From Lingula anatina (taxonomy: Eukaryota > Animalia > Brachiopoda), in contig CM120642.1 in the NCBI GenBank assembly GCA_051362555.1, positions 18,476,001-18,540,000 on the forward strand: a DNA stretch of 64,000 bases, read 5' to 3'. Under the pieces are notes generated by a model. That model saw nothing but the letters and a program-made list of their open reading frames with translations, did not search any database and had not been told where the DNA came from. Positions 12,238 through 25,686 of this stretch are shown piece after piece; positions within the stretch are counted from its first letter, which is position 1; each line of letters starts with the position of its first letter. The translations under genes and the position numbers were made by a program.

Positions 12238-15200
12238 TCATTCCAACAAAGAACACTCTATCTTGTGCCAATCATGGTCTTTAGTAGGTCGCCTACTTGG
12301 AACATAAACCTGAAGCTCTTTGGGGATTGAGGGCTCTCCTTGCCCCTTGGTTTCTCTCACAATAGGTATCACATACGAAGCCTTTCTTGTCAGTCCCTCA
12401 TAAACAGCCTGATGTAGCTCGTATTGCCAGTTAGAGTCCCCTACAGCTTCGTGGGATATCACTACAATGGTCTTCATGCTGTTTGCCATTCCTGCTGTAA
12501 TATTTTCCAACACCTTACTCCCAGGAAGAAAATCCCTGTCGCGGAGACACCCTCTGAACTTCAGGGATACTTCCAGCGTTGTGAGCAGATGGTAACAGAC
12601 CCAGTCTCGGTCGCCGTCAGCATACACTACGTAGAAGTCATTCTCAAGTTCGGCGTTTCTTGCCTGTGCGGGTTGGTCGGGTATGCTGTAGCTGATTTCG
12701 GCAGGGACAGTGATTGAATCACAGACTGAGAGCTCATTTGTGAGAAGGGCGGTGGATTGCTGTGGATCATTTCTTCTAGTAACAGCTAAATTGCAGAAAA
12801 AATGTTAGTATAGAATCTTAAATCCCTGACTGGTTCAAGGTCATACAAATAAAGGTCATGAATGCCCTGTATAAAATTTGGAGGGCAAAAGTAATAATTA
12901 TAATAATAATAATATCATCAAATAAAATATTTAAGTATTATGATAAAGAAAATTAATCTCAAATAGAATAAAGATGTAAATCATCCTGCATATTGTTATC
13001 TGGTCTACAATCATTTAAGAATGATTTACCTCGTTCGGTTTCCTGGTTGACACCGATATATTGACTTGGTGTAATCTTTGCTTCCATAGCAACGGACTGC
13101 AAAGTTTGCATTTTATAGGCTCTCTTTGTTTCATCGACCAGATCTCTATCATCATCTCCCGATTCACGGGGTTTTATAGGGTTTGAAGTGCCTAAGGAAC
13201 TTGGCTTTTGTTCTTCTGTCGGTTTCGCTGCCCCCTTCTCACTCTGTAATAATAGGGTGCTATACTATGAGACTCACTGGTAAAATCTTACAGAACATTA
13301 CCATTAAACAGGATCTCAACTGATAATATTTGAAAGACTTCAAGAGAAGAATTATAAAAAACATAAACAAAATTCAAACTGCAATGTTGTATGTCTTACC
13401 TCTAAGGGAATTTTTCTCAGATGTATAACTAAGATAAATAAATAAAGACAAAGACTACATTAAAAAAATATTTCCTTAATAAAATTCGCATTGAAAGAAA
13501 AATTACCTTTTCTGAGAGGCTGTTTTTCGTCAAATCCAGAAAATCTTTTAAATTCTCCAATTTTTCGACATCTGAGAGCTCTTCTTGCGCGGTGACGTCT
13601 GCCAGGAAAGTCTTAAGTACTTCCGTCAAAAATATAGCTGCATTTCTCTCCATCCCTCTCTCACTCTTCATCAATTCTCCAACGAGACTTTTCAAAACCG
13701 TCGGACTGGTTGGATTTCCGGAGAAAGGATCCCAAAGCAATGTTACCTCCTTTTGCAAGTTTGTTAGTTTAAATTTTGAATAAGCTGTGATAAAACAATA
13801 CTTCAATTCACCTAAGTATTTCTTCCCTTTCTTGCCGTCTCGCTCTTGTACGCATGCTTCATATTTATCCATCAGCAAGTTAACCAACTGTACAAAACTG
13901 AAAAGAAATGTGCTGTTGGCTTGTTGGGTATAGACGGCGTTCTTGAAACTTTCAATTGCGCTTCGATCCTGACCAAGATCTTGAAGACATTTTCCTCTTC
14001 TTTGATGTATATCCGGGCACTTCTCACCCTCCATGTGTTCCACGGCATATTTGAACTGAAAGAGAGATTTTCTCATCATCTTCTCATTGACGACTCGACG
14101 GTTAATATCTATGCCGAGAAAGTGGTACATCTCGGCCAGATTTGCAAAATCGGTTGGAGTCGGGTTAAGACAGACGGCCATTTTGATTTTCTTCTTTGCC
14201 TTTTGTGCCAGCGCCCAATTCAAAACTTCCCCTCTTCTGCCTTCGTTGCTTTTCTCGGCCTGATACCACTGGTTTTTGTACAACAGTCGCAGATTATCCC
14301 CCATGGACTTGAAGGCATACCAGTTGCTTTCCGATGAGTCCAATTCAATGGACTTTTTGTGAAGTTGTTCCGCTTTCTCTCTGCTTTTCTCGTCGCCCTT
14401 TCTCCACAGAAAGTAAGCATATCGGTTCAAAATGTCGGTTCTGTTTGGGGTAAGCTCATTCGCGAGTCTGTAACACTTTTCAGCGTGAGCAAGACATTCT
14501 TCTGGGGAAGCAAAATTTTCTTTATGAACACCGTGGATATGAAGCTCTTTCACAACTGCAGGAACTTTGATAGGGAGTGAACTGTGGTCCGAAGAACTTG
14601 GTTCGCCCATCGGGCTCGCTTCTTCTTTCAAATCTTTCAAAACATTCTCAGATAGTCTCCTTTCCCAGAAACTTTCCAAGAAATCCACGAAATGATTTTG
14701 TTCTGTCTCGTTGTCGGAGTGTCGTTGACTTTGACCTGCATCATGTGATCTTTGTGAAGGTTTTATGTCATACCTATATTTGTTTTTTCTTCCTTTGAGT
14801 AACGCAAAATATTTCCCTCCCAGAACCTTTCCCAGCTGCATCCACGCTTGAGCTTGATAATTGGTATCTGCGATACAAGTGACAGCAAAGAAGAATTTGA
14901 CGATTAACGAAAACGCTATTTCATAATCTATCCCTAACTGAGATCGCGCAATTGGATGTCTACTTATATGTCCTAGATTGCAAGCGATGTCTTTGCACCA
15001 TTCTAAAACTTCACTGTACTCAAAAGCCTCAAAGTTGTCATCCACAATCTTGAGAGCCGTCATGTAAAATTTTTGAGCGCGGATGTTGGCTTGCCCGCTC
15101 ACGTCTTGTCTGGCCTCGACGAACACGTCGTAAGCCAGCATATAGCCTTGCTCGAACAGGCATCTTGCCCGGCTGGTCACCTTTGGCTTACACTCTTCGA

Positions 15201-15491
15201 GCCGTTTTGCGTACTTCCCTGCCTCGCTGGAAAACAAAACCTCGCTGAAGATGAACCCCAAATTGGCTAGGGCATTGAGATTCTCGGCATCAATATCTAG
15301 GACCTCTTCAAATGTTTTCACGCTCTTTTCTATGGCGCCGTCCTGGTACTCGAATACACCCTTTAGGTTCAGCATGACACTTCTGTGGGCCCCGGTCTGC
15401 AACAGCCGCATGTAGTTGTGGATGCTCTTCTTGTATTTCAAGTGTTGCTTGTTGGTCTTTGGGTTGACTTTGAGGTTCAGAATATGAAACC
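12238..15491 (-). CDS. TTC22: TTC22-like TPR protein fused to a C-terminal TIR domain (about 915 aa in resolved exons; first coding exon unresolved)
   Basis: Exons 15491-13507, 13243-13030, 12785-12238 join in frame with GT-AG sites. ENLNALANL, ARCLFEQGYMLAYDV, ILNRYA, SNWYAF and PDIHQRRGKCL match motifs recalled from vertebrate TTC22. Last exon: DFYVVYADGDRDWV...CLRDRDFLPG...KTIVVIS...SNWQYEL...VIPIV = TIR domain. Confidence 0.82.
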
Positions 15492-16978
15492 CTGCCAAGA
15501 AAAAATTATGAGATAAAACAATAGTTTTTTCAGGTCACAAATATAATCCCCAGACTAGTTATGTTTCCTTGGGTTTTCTTAAAGCGACTTAACGTAAAGC
15601 TGACACGAACCATGGAATTGCGGATTGTGTTTTGGGCTTTATAAAAAGTATTATTTCATTAATATAAAAAGTTTCATATCACTTGTAATAAAGTAGCACA
15701 ATACGTAATACATAATATCCACGAGAAAATTATATGAATGATGTAAAAAAAAAAAAGATGAAACAAATAGATAAATAATACGACTGCATTTCGAACTCAG
15801 AGACAGTGAATACTTTAATTCATTATGTAGTTTTGTGCGAGACTTATAGGCACTTGCTGGCCCAGACATATGCATATACGCTCTTTGCTAAAAAGTTTGT
15901 GCCATCTTTAGTCCTATGTGCTTTTGTTTACAAATGATCAGATGACAGCTTTTAACTGTTTTAAATAGTGGTTGTAATATGTTATTGTTTAGTGCTTTTG
16001 ATGTGGTAAAATGACATTACGAAGCTGATGTTATTTTACATGACTGCACATCTTAACTAGTAAAAAAGAATGCGGATAATCTATTTTTAAAAATTACATA
16101 ATGAGGAAAAATTCAAAGCAGGCCGACCATGTTGAGACAAGAGATCATTATACAATATTCTTTATCCTATTAATATATATTTATATATATATCTGATAGT
16201 TTAGAGTCAGCCTCTATAACTCACTGAATATACAACCACAAGTAGGATGTGCTTCATGGGTACTGGGTACTGACTTAATCTTATAAATTCTCTGCCCTGC
16301 ATTTTAACGCAAATGTGTTAGAGAAGCTGGACCAAATAAGTAATTGTGTTGAAGTGATAATACTATGAAGTATCTTAACATACGTCCTATTGATATTACA
16401 GCCAATCCTGCCAGAAAATCGTTCACTGATTATCGTTGTTTTTTTTTTCCTGGTTGGAATCAATATTCAAGGTGCGATAGAAAAAGAAAAAAACAATGAA
16501 AAAGAATGTTTAGACAGAGGGATGTCGATGCTTTTGCAGGTAGGGCCAGGTATGTGGATTTAGAACTTACTGGTATAGCAAGTAATGGAAGTACGATCAA
16601 ATGTTTAAGGACATCGGGAAATTCCGCTTATTGCGTCTTTTGGCGTTAACATCCCGGTTAGTGTCAAAGACGCAGAGAGCAGGAGTGGAAAATTTAACAT
16701 GATATACATACTGTTTATTCAGTCAACAGTATAGGCTTCCGAATTCCTAAAAATGAAAAAAACTTAGCCAGTAGGATTGACTCACTTTTGTTTGTGCAAA
16801 TAACTGTTACAGAAAGGGACGCAACAACTGAACGCGGCTGAACTCAAGAAGTCACTTGTACAGAGTGTTAACAGTGGAATGACCGATATTAAGAGATTTT
16901 AAAGACCAATGACCCTGGCGAAGGAGGGGGGGGGGGGGTTCACACCGTATCTCTCTTTTTCCGCCATTGATAAACTAA

Positions 16979-17178
16979 GGGTGCTTTCTTAGAGATTTAG
17001 ATCGACCTAACTCCCTGGGGGTCACGCTAAATTGCAGTCAGCCGAGCGGACACCATAGTTAATTACTCCCTTACAGCGTTTAGTAGGCGGGACAGACGTT
17101 TAAGCCGGCCAAGCTGACAGTAATCTAGTGAGACTCCCCACAGGGATAGATCGATCTAAAAATCTATCGAAATGGGGT
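16979..17178. mobile_element. Palindromic MITE family A copy
   Basis: TAGATCGACCTAACTCCCTGGGGG...GTGAGACTCCCC...GATAGATCGATCTAAA; close match to 34472-34682 (same orientation) and 33231-33435 (inverted). Confidence 0.75.
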
Positions 17179-19747
17179 GTAAAACAGGCTCGTAGGCAGG
17201 AAGAAGGTCGGCGGCGCGGGGGGGGGGGGGGGGGGGGATTTAAGAAAAGCTGCCAGAATAAGTCCACTATAAATAAAAAATTGACCTAGAATCAATGCCA
17301 TTTCTCAGGTTGAGTAAGTAGATAACGAGGATAAAAGTTCAGGTCCACACTTTCAGAAAAGACTCCCCCTCTCCCGAACTTTGAAATTACTGGTTATAGG
17401 AATGTAAGGTTGTATTACCATTAGACGTACTTGTGTATATGACAGCCAGTCCGGGGCTGAGGCCTACAGTTGGGCCAATGCAGTTACTGTCAAGTGCCAT
17501 AAACTCGATCCATTTATAACCTGCACATACCGACTTAAGAATAATTTGTTAGTTTGATGATTATGTGATTTTGGTATTGCGTAAGCAGGAGTCGTCATAT
17601 TCTAGCTGTGGTGTTGATGGTGGGAAAACACATAATCATTAAAGGTGGGGAAAGTAGAGCGCCTCTATACACTCTGAAGCGATATTTATTGACCATCATT
17701 AAATGACGTAAGCCCTCAATTCCAAGTCTTTTATTTCAACTAAGCGTCATCATTAATCTTCAACATGTGAAGGGTAACAGGAGCCTCAGCTTTGATCTTT
17801 GAAATACTTAACATCAAAGTTCAAAAGATAAGAATCCTGATTCAGCTAACTGTCTCAGGTTAACAGTTTCATTTTCGATGTGACCTAAATATAACGCAAA
17901 TTGCTCTATATGGCGACTCACTATTCATATTGTATTAATTGCATGGATCAACTACATGTCTAGCCTGGAATTTATATTGTTGCTTGCGTTGCCCATGTGG
18001 TATTTCTGTGACATTTGATGCTAACTTGGGCTTGTTCAGTGGTTTATTAGTCGTCCAGCCAATGTTTGTGAATTTCTTTCATTCTCTGCTGAAGTAGAAA
18101 CAGTTCTTTGTAGGTGTACATTGTTCAGACAAGTAATTTATTCAATCTGAGTCGGGCTTGAGCGCGCGACACGTAATACGTGTCAATAGAAGTTTATAGC
18201 TCTTAATTTAAGTTAATCTCTTTTCTTATCTTATCTCCTTTAATTATAGTAAAGTCTCAATAAAGATGCAAGTCTGTCACGCAAAGTTAGGTATAAAATC
18301 AGGCTGCGACCTGGCAATAAACGAGTTTTGATTTTTGTAACTAAACAGTGGTGTTGCGTTACTCTTCTCTCCGGGCATAACCCAAGTCGGGAATCGCGTA
18401 CCGTACCTAGAATCTTTCAACGGTGGATTAGAGCCCCTAGCGTCTAGATTATACCCGCGGTATATCGAAGAACTTAGTACAACATGTACCATGCTTTTGC
18501 TGTATAGACAGGCCCGTAACTTGGGGGGGGGGGGGGGGCTGGGTTCGAAAGAACCCCCTACTTAGATGGGAAAAGGTCCCCTCTAGAAAAAAAATCTAGG
18601 TACGCGAAGGTTACATGGTAAAAGGACCACTTTTTCAGCAAAAGAACCCCCCCCCCACCCCATTGAAATTGCATACAGATTGCACGTCTAGAAAAAAAAT
18701 CTTATCTTTGTTTATTCCATTCATATTTGTGTTACACTTTGCGTGAATATAGCTTCCAGCGGTCCATTAATGTTAACTACATGTGATACGTTACTAACCT
18801 GGTTCAATTTCTTCCATTTTGCAGTTTTACTTGGAAACAACTGGTAGATAAACCTCTTCTGGAAAGAAGAGTTAAAACGTACAAGAAAACGCAGAATTTT
18901 ATTCACTGAACGATTATTCGACGTACGAGTGGTTCGTCGCTAAATGTACGATAAAATGTAGACATGCTATCTGGCACAACATGTTTCTCATAGACTCGCA
19001 AATGCACCAAATATGCATATTTACCATTACCCACGCGTGTGCATATTCCTATGAAACCAATCACAATACTTAATACTTCCTCTAGCTTACCTTACTCGGT
19101 TTGGTTCTGTTATCTACCTGCATGCATAGCAGCTATGGAAGGCTTATATGGCATAAAGCAATGTCTGTTATTGGTCCACTTCCAATTGAAATAATCATCC
19201 AATAGATGGCGATACCAGTTGCTATTAAATTTTGTCCCTAATCTATGTAATAAGTATAACTTTTCATAAATAAAAAATTTGAAAAATTTGACAAAGTGGA
19301 CACCAGAAAACGAATAAAATTAATTGCAAAAAGTTTATAATCACAAAGTGTACATTTAAGCCGACATAATTTAATCTAATTTCGATCGGTTTTTGCAATG
19401 GGACATATAGCCAGTAAAGCCCTTATGTCCAAATGTGTCAGTGACACTAAAGCTGGGATGAATTTGTGTTTGCGAAAAATACACGCATTTATCTCCACAT
19501 ATTACATTAAGTGTTGTTTGTTTTTTAAGTCACCGATGACGTAATGAAACACAATTTTTCATGCAGGCAGACCTCAATACAGAAAACGTGCTCCACGTTA
19601 TTACCGTAGTACGTGCGTGTCAGACAGTCGACTGGACTGTAGCCGTAGCTGTAGAACGGAGCCAGTGTAGTGCAGGAATTCCTTGTCTGAGTGGTGCAAG
19701 TGTACATACCGTCAGACTAATATACGTAAAGCGTATATAGAGAGATA

Positions 19748-19825
19748 TGTGCGCGCGTGTGTGTGTGTGTGTGTTTGAGAGAGAGAGAGTGAGAGAGAGA
19801 GGGATGTGTGTGTGTGTGTGTGTGC

Positions 19826-19897
<72 letters not shown>
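19748..19897. repeat. Compound (TG)n/(AG)n microsatellite
   Basis: Read directly. Confidence 0.92.
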
Positions 19898-19898
<1 letters not shown>

Positions 19899-20990
19899 GG
19901 GGGTAGGCATATGGCGGTATGGGGTTGGAGGGGAGATAAGTAGGGTTGACAAAGAAGGTGTATGTGTGTGTGAAAGAAATTTAGATAGAAAGACACGTAC
20001 ATTATACATGTACGTGTCAAACTTAAATTCAGACCCCATTACAGCTGCATAAAGGATCTGGTTTCAATAAAGTACTAATTTTACATTTTAACTTTCTCAA
20101 CACTCATCTATTTACAATGGTCGGGTGAAGTGTGCGTACTTTGTTCGATAGCTGGCAAGCTAAAAGCTTGCCGAGATAAAGCAGTAAAAGCACATTCTGA
20201 GACTGTTTATAATACCACCATTTACTGGTTACTCAACTGTTTATGAAAACACGAGAAAATGCCATCGAACAATGATGTAGCGACACAACATGGCACAAGG
20301 GGGCATGCGAAAGAAAATTGGTTGAAAAACAGGCGCTGGAAGCATAAATATTAGCCGAGTTGATACATGTAGTATCCTATTTAAAGACAAATTTTCGATC
20401 GAATTCACAGTTTTGTTATTTATGGGCAGTACTTGCCTGCGCATTCGAATTTAAAGAATAGGAATTACATACAGTATGTGTATAACCTGATTAGCTTGGT
20501 GGGTACATGTTATCTATGACATCAAAGCGGTTTTGTGTCCCTTTCTTAAAACAAATGGGCTGAATCCACATAATCTAACTCCCCCCCACCCCAATATCCT
20601 CCAATATCCATCTATGATAAAACTGTTTATCTGTGATTCGAACTATATATATACAGCAGTGTTTAAAAATTAGAGGAATCCATTTTTTTCTTTTTTTTCT
20701 ACTTTTCTCATCCCTGAACACCATCATATCCTTTCGGCATTGAAGACGTGGAAGACAGTAGAATTAGACACATGATATATGGGTTGTATACTCTGTCAAC
20801 ACTATGGGTTTCCGAACCGCGAAAGAGTTTTTCCGGATAAATAAAAAGGGATTGATTGAGGACGTTATGCTAGTACAAGTAACAAAAGAGGAAGATCGCG
20901 TTTAAATGAGACAAAAAATTCGCCGCGTGGAATAAAATAGAGATTTAATTGTTAAAAAAGTGAAATGAAAAACATTACTTTTAACTTCTT

Positions 20991-22363
20991 ATTTGAGTCA
21001 GTTCTTACTTCATTTTTATTAATCTGTCATTATAATTTTTTAACCTAGTCATTATAATTTCCGTTTTATCGGTATTTTATAATGTACATGTACAGGTATA
21101 TGAATTGGCTAAATAGTAATTAATAATAATTAATATGATATATACTTAAATAAATATAAAATGAGTGATGTGGAAAAATCCCACAGCAAATGGTACAATA
21201 CGGAAGGTAATAAATCACTGAGCTTTAAGGCGACATTATTTCTTTACTCTTTCTTAATGAACAGTATTAAGGTTTCTTACAAGACCAGTAAGAACCTGTA
21301 GTATATATACGTATACATTTAAATACATATGTAGTATCCCCAGAATAAGACTAAATAGCAGCGTTGGTGAGAAGAGTCCATCTACGGCTTCAGCTCTTAC
21401 ATATGGGCCATTCCACAAAAAGAGTGAACATTTGATCAGAGTCTGGGACACCAATGTATTTTGGGTAATATTTGAATAATTTTGACATGCCCTGTTATTT
21501 TGCTGTTTTAAGCAATACATCTACCTGTATTTGTCTATTGACCCCCCCCCCCCCCCCCCCCCCGTATGGAAAAAAAACTTTGATATAAAACAGTTAAACA
21601 AATATTGCACAAATGTCTGCGTAACTGACGTGCTTCATTAATGTTCGCTAGGCACTTGACCCGTTTAAAGCATGTGCTGCACACGTCTCGTGATATACAT
21701 GTACTAGCGGGGGTACACGTTACTGGTGATTCATTCCATCAAGTGTGTATTAACAAGAACATTGGTTCATGCATGTCTAGCATAATTATGGTGAATAATA
21801 TCAGTTTGAATTTAACTGATATACGGGTATGGATCGACATATGCAAGCTCCAACCGGGAAGTGAAATACGCGCACTGAATAGGCCTACACTGTATAGGTT
21901 GGTTTGATGTAATGTAACACTACATGAACGCTCTCCCGCCGAGTAAAATCAAGGAAAACTTATTGGCCTGTAAATTTTTAAGTTTTTTTTTTCTTCACCA
22001 CACCCTACATAAACATTTACAAAGCTGATGCACGCTAGACCACGTGATGTCTGCTGACCTTCAAATGACCTTTGTTGACCTTACAGTTAATTATCAATGT
22101 ACCATTGGTCGCTTTTTCAAATGTAGGAAAGCTAAATTGTGTTGTAAAATAAGTTCTCAATACTTTTCGAAATAGCTATTATCCTGCTTGGCAGCGCAAG
22201 GCAATGAAGGGGAAATATTTTTGATTGCAAAGGACAAAAATCATTAAATCAGCGAACAACAGATGGATAGGGCCTATGTACAGTGTACATGTAGGCTATA
22301 TGTTTTACACGCCTTAATGGTAATTTAATGCTTGGTGTTACTTTTTAAACAGCATTATTTATT
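20991..22363 (+). repeat. Block A, about 1.35-kb direct repeat of 31109-32428
   Basis: Collinear high similarity from ATTTGAGTCAGT to CTTTTTAAACA-CATTATTTATT, including the poly-C tract and CCGGGAAGTGAA. Confidence 0.88.
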
Positions 22364-23861
22364 CAGCCATGATAAGAGATAAACTCTGTGTTAATGGACA
22401 TCTATTTAATGGACAAACCCACGCAGCATACCCCAGAATACGGAACCACCGCCATGCCCTGCAACCCAGAGAGCCACGGATCACGGGCAAGCCCCCCAAA
22501 GCGCGCCAACATATATATAGCGACGTTACGCGTTTTGTTACAAGACTTTTTCAACCGCGTGAGGGACGACAGCCAATGGAAGAGTCTCCGCATTCCGATG
22601 GAGTTAATACTGGTGAACGAGAATAAATTGATTTAATATCAAAGAAACATATGCATATGACATATGACAGAACTAAGAATAGCCACCCTGAATTGCAGGG
22701 GACTAGGATGTGTGGAGAAAAGAAAAGATGTGTTTGACTACTTAAAAAAAAAAAGCAATATTCGCTAATTTGTTTACAAGATACGCATTTCACGGAAAGC
22801 CAGAAAAACACAATAAGAAGTTGTTGGGGTTTTGAGATTTATTTAAGCCCAGGCAGATCAAATGCTCGAGGCGTGGCGATATTGTTTAGTAATACTTTTG
22901 AGTATAAAGTGTTAACAAGTAAATGTGATGCTATTGGAAATATTCTTATTCCCTGCAAAGCATTTTGCAGGGTAAGTGCTCGTTTGCTGAGCTGCATTAA
23001 ATGAAGCTCAAAGATCCAGAGTAGAGACGAACGCGACATGGGTGGTGTCTATCTCGCATCTATGGAGTTCAGTTAGTGGCAAAACAGACTCAGTCATGTC
23101 ATTTTTGGGGCTCAAAGCTCTGCAGTAAAAGACGAATGCGGTATCGGCCTTGTCAATTCCGCTGCTATAGGGATTAATAACATACGAAAAAGACACGGTG
23201 CATGTCGTTTTCGCATGTAAAGGGGCGTCTAAAACACGCACGCGTAGGCTCCTATGGGCCATGGTTCAATCCCTGGTGTTGCGTGTGACTTTTTTTTTTT
23301 TTGCTTTATTTTGTTTCTATTTTTTGCTGCATATTTAAGCATATGTTAACATTTTTTTATTTATTTATATGCCTTTTTTTGTGGTAAAATAGAATATATT
23401 ATATTTCTATGATTTATTTACAACGTATTTATTGTGAAATATAGATATCATACGAAAAGTTGTTATCCTTTTGAGTACAAGGTTAAAAATCTTAGCCTCA
23501 GTTGTAGAATACCTGGCAAAAGTGCTCGAGGCAAACTACGGAGGACCTCCCTTGACAATTTTGATTTATCAGCGAGACACCTTTGGTCATGGAAGAGAAC
23601 CAGAGCCCTTTGGCAAAATATCAACGTTCGTCAAACCAAGGAGTTGTTATAACCCCTTGGTCAAACGCCGCACCGGTAATGACACAAGAAGAAAAATAAG
23701 AAGAACAAAGTGCATAACTTCACCCTTAATTGAGGAGATAAAAGGCGAGACGAAGTCCATTTAAGCTAACATTCACCCGATCTTTAACCCTCGGTGTATT
23801 TTAGCGCGACCATGCGCCAATTTTCTACTTTATCACCCGCTGGAAATTTTCGCAACCTGTC

Positions 23862-25385
23862 AATAAAGGGAACCGGAGAAGATCAGCATTGGTCAGAATT
23901 GTGCCGGAAGTGACGTGCAGTGGTGTTAGAAACGAAGCTGAGTGGTCATTTTAACATAGAGGTGAACGGCAGTGAAGACGGGTTGTCGGAGGAAAAAGAA
24001 GTTTTCTAAACAACATGGTAAGATAACACTTTTTCTTTACGCATTTTGGGCAGAGAAAACTTGTAGAAATAATAAATGCATGATATGAAAACGTGACACG
24101 GAACTTGAAGGTGCAAAATCGTGCTTAATTGACGGTCAACTTGTTTTAAAATGAATGCTGCATCGACCGCCATTGCGACAAAGAGTGTAAATGGAAAATA
24201 ATTCCCGGGAGGCTGTAAATCGTTGCCATGTGGAAATTTGGCATTAATATAATCCGATATGTCCATATCTAAGTATTTTTGGGGTGTATGAGCTGCAATT
24301 AGAACGAAGTTTTAGAGGTCTTGAAGGACCTTGTGAAAACAAGGAAGTAGTTCGTAACTAACAAGTGAAATGTACCGATCTCCGACTGCTGTGCACAGCT
24401 GTATCTTTTTTCAATATATTGACGAATTTTTGTCACAGGACAAATAAAACATTTCACTGACAAGATCTTCCCAAAAAGACAAAAAGAGAATTAAGGTGAG
24501 CTGACAGGTAATTAAGACTAGCTCAAAGTACTAATAATTGACATTATTATGCAATACTCAGTTGGTAAAACGATTCTCACAGGTAGATAACATGTAACAT
24601 GACCAATTTCTATAGGCTAATGATTGCCAGCCTGAGGAAATTGATTGCCAGTCTCTTTTGTCAGTGATTTTTAACTCAGATAAGAGGCTGTCAGAATGTC
24701 ACCTTTGTCTTGGCATTTGTCACTGATTAGCGCCTTCCCCAGTGTAAAAGGTATATCAGTGTGATCATGTGTGTGGAATTTCATGCCAGATGGACATATA
24801 AAGATCTAAAAGTTCGTCAATATATTGAAAAAAAGATACAGCTGTGCACAGCAGTCGGAGATCGGTACATTCCACTTGTTAGTTACGAACTACTTCCTGG
24901 TTTTCACAAGGTCCTTCAAGACCTCTAAAACATCGTTGTAATTGCAGCCCATACCATAAAACACCCAAAAATACTTAGATATGGACATATCGGATTATAT
25001 TTATGCCAAATTTCCACATGACAACGATTTATAGACTCCCGGGAATTATTTCCCCTTTACGCTTTTTGTCGCGCTGGCGGTCGACGCAGCATTTATTTCT
25101 AAACAAGTTGACCGCAAATTAAGCACGATTTTGCACCTTCAAGTTCCGTGTCACGTTTTCATATCATGCATTCATTATTTCTACAAGTTTTCTCTGCCCA
25201 AAATGCGAAAAAAAAGAGAGTTATCTTACCATGTTGTTTAGAAAACTTCTTTTTCCTCCGACAACCCGTCTTCACTGCCGTTCACCTCTATGTTAAAATG
25301 ACCACTCAGCTTCGTTTCTAACACCACTGCACGTCACTTCCGGCACAATTCTGACCAATGCTGATCTTCTCCGGTTCCCTTTATT
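23862..25385. mobile_element. Foldback element with about 570-bp inverted arms and about 380-bp spacer
   Basis: 23862-24430 is the reverse complement of about 24808-25385 (AATAAAGGGAACCGGAGAAGATCAGC ... GCTGATCTTCTCCGGTTCCCTTTATT) with scattered mismatches; no transposase; no clean direct TSD. Confidence 0.88.
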
Positions 25386-25686
25386 ATCTTGACAGTTTTG
25401 AAACGTATGCAACCCGGAAGTTAGTGGTGTGGTAAAATTTGAAACCCACACTTAGGGCCTTCATGTAAGTTTGTATTTCGCGTAAAGCTTTGCAAAAAGT
25501 GTTTTACTTTTTATCTAAGATGGCAGTTATAGCAGAAGTCATAAGTCCACTCCGTGCTCTGTCTTGCAGTCATTCGAGTTGTGTTTCGATCTCTTTATAC
25601 ATGTACACGGGGTAAAACTCGTCGTGGGTTTTTGCTTTTTGCTTGGAGAAATCTCTTGCCGTGCGTTCTGTTTGTAAAGGAAGAGC

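Noticed and set aside
13846-14337. 163-aa plus-strand ORF
   Set aside because: Antisense to the TTC22-like exon with no recognisable features.
16571-17520. Candidate upstream exons of TTC22-TIR (16746-16571; about 17519-17431 encoding MALDSNCIGPTVGLSPGLAVIYT)
   Set aside because: Splice sites are plausible, but the first has stops in the usable frames and the second, though phase-compatible, lacks supporting homology; left unresolved.
19620-20039. 139-aa and 102-aa ORFs rich in SL/HT repeats
   Set aside because: Translations of the (TG)n/(AG)n microsatellite.
23240-23301. GGTTCAATCCC B-box-like motif followed by a T run (tRNA/SINE?)
   Set aside because: No convincing A box or cloverleaf; tRNAscan-SE would be needed.
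22369-23764. Several 65-97-aa ORFs in moderately GC-rich sequence
   Set aside because: No recognisable domain or consistent exon chain.
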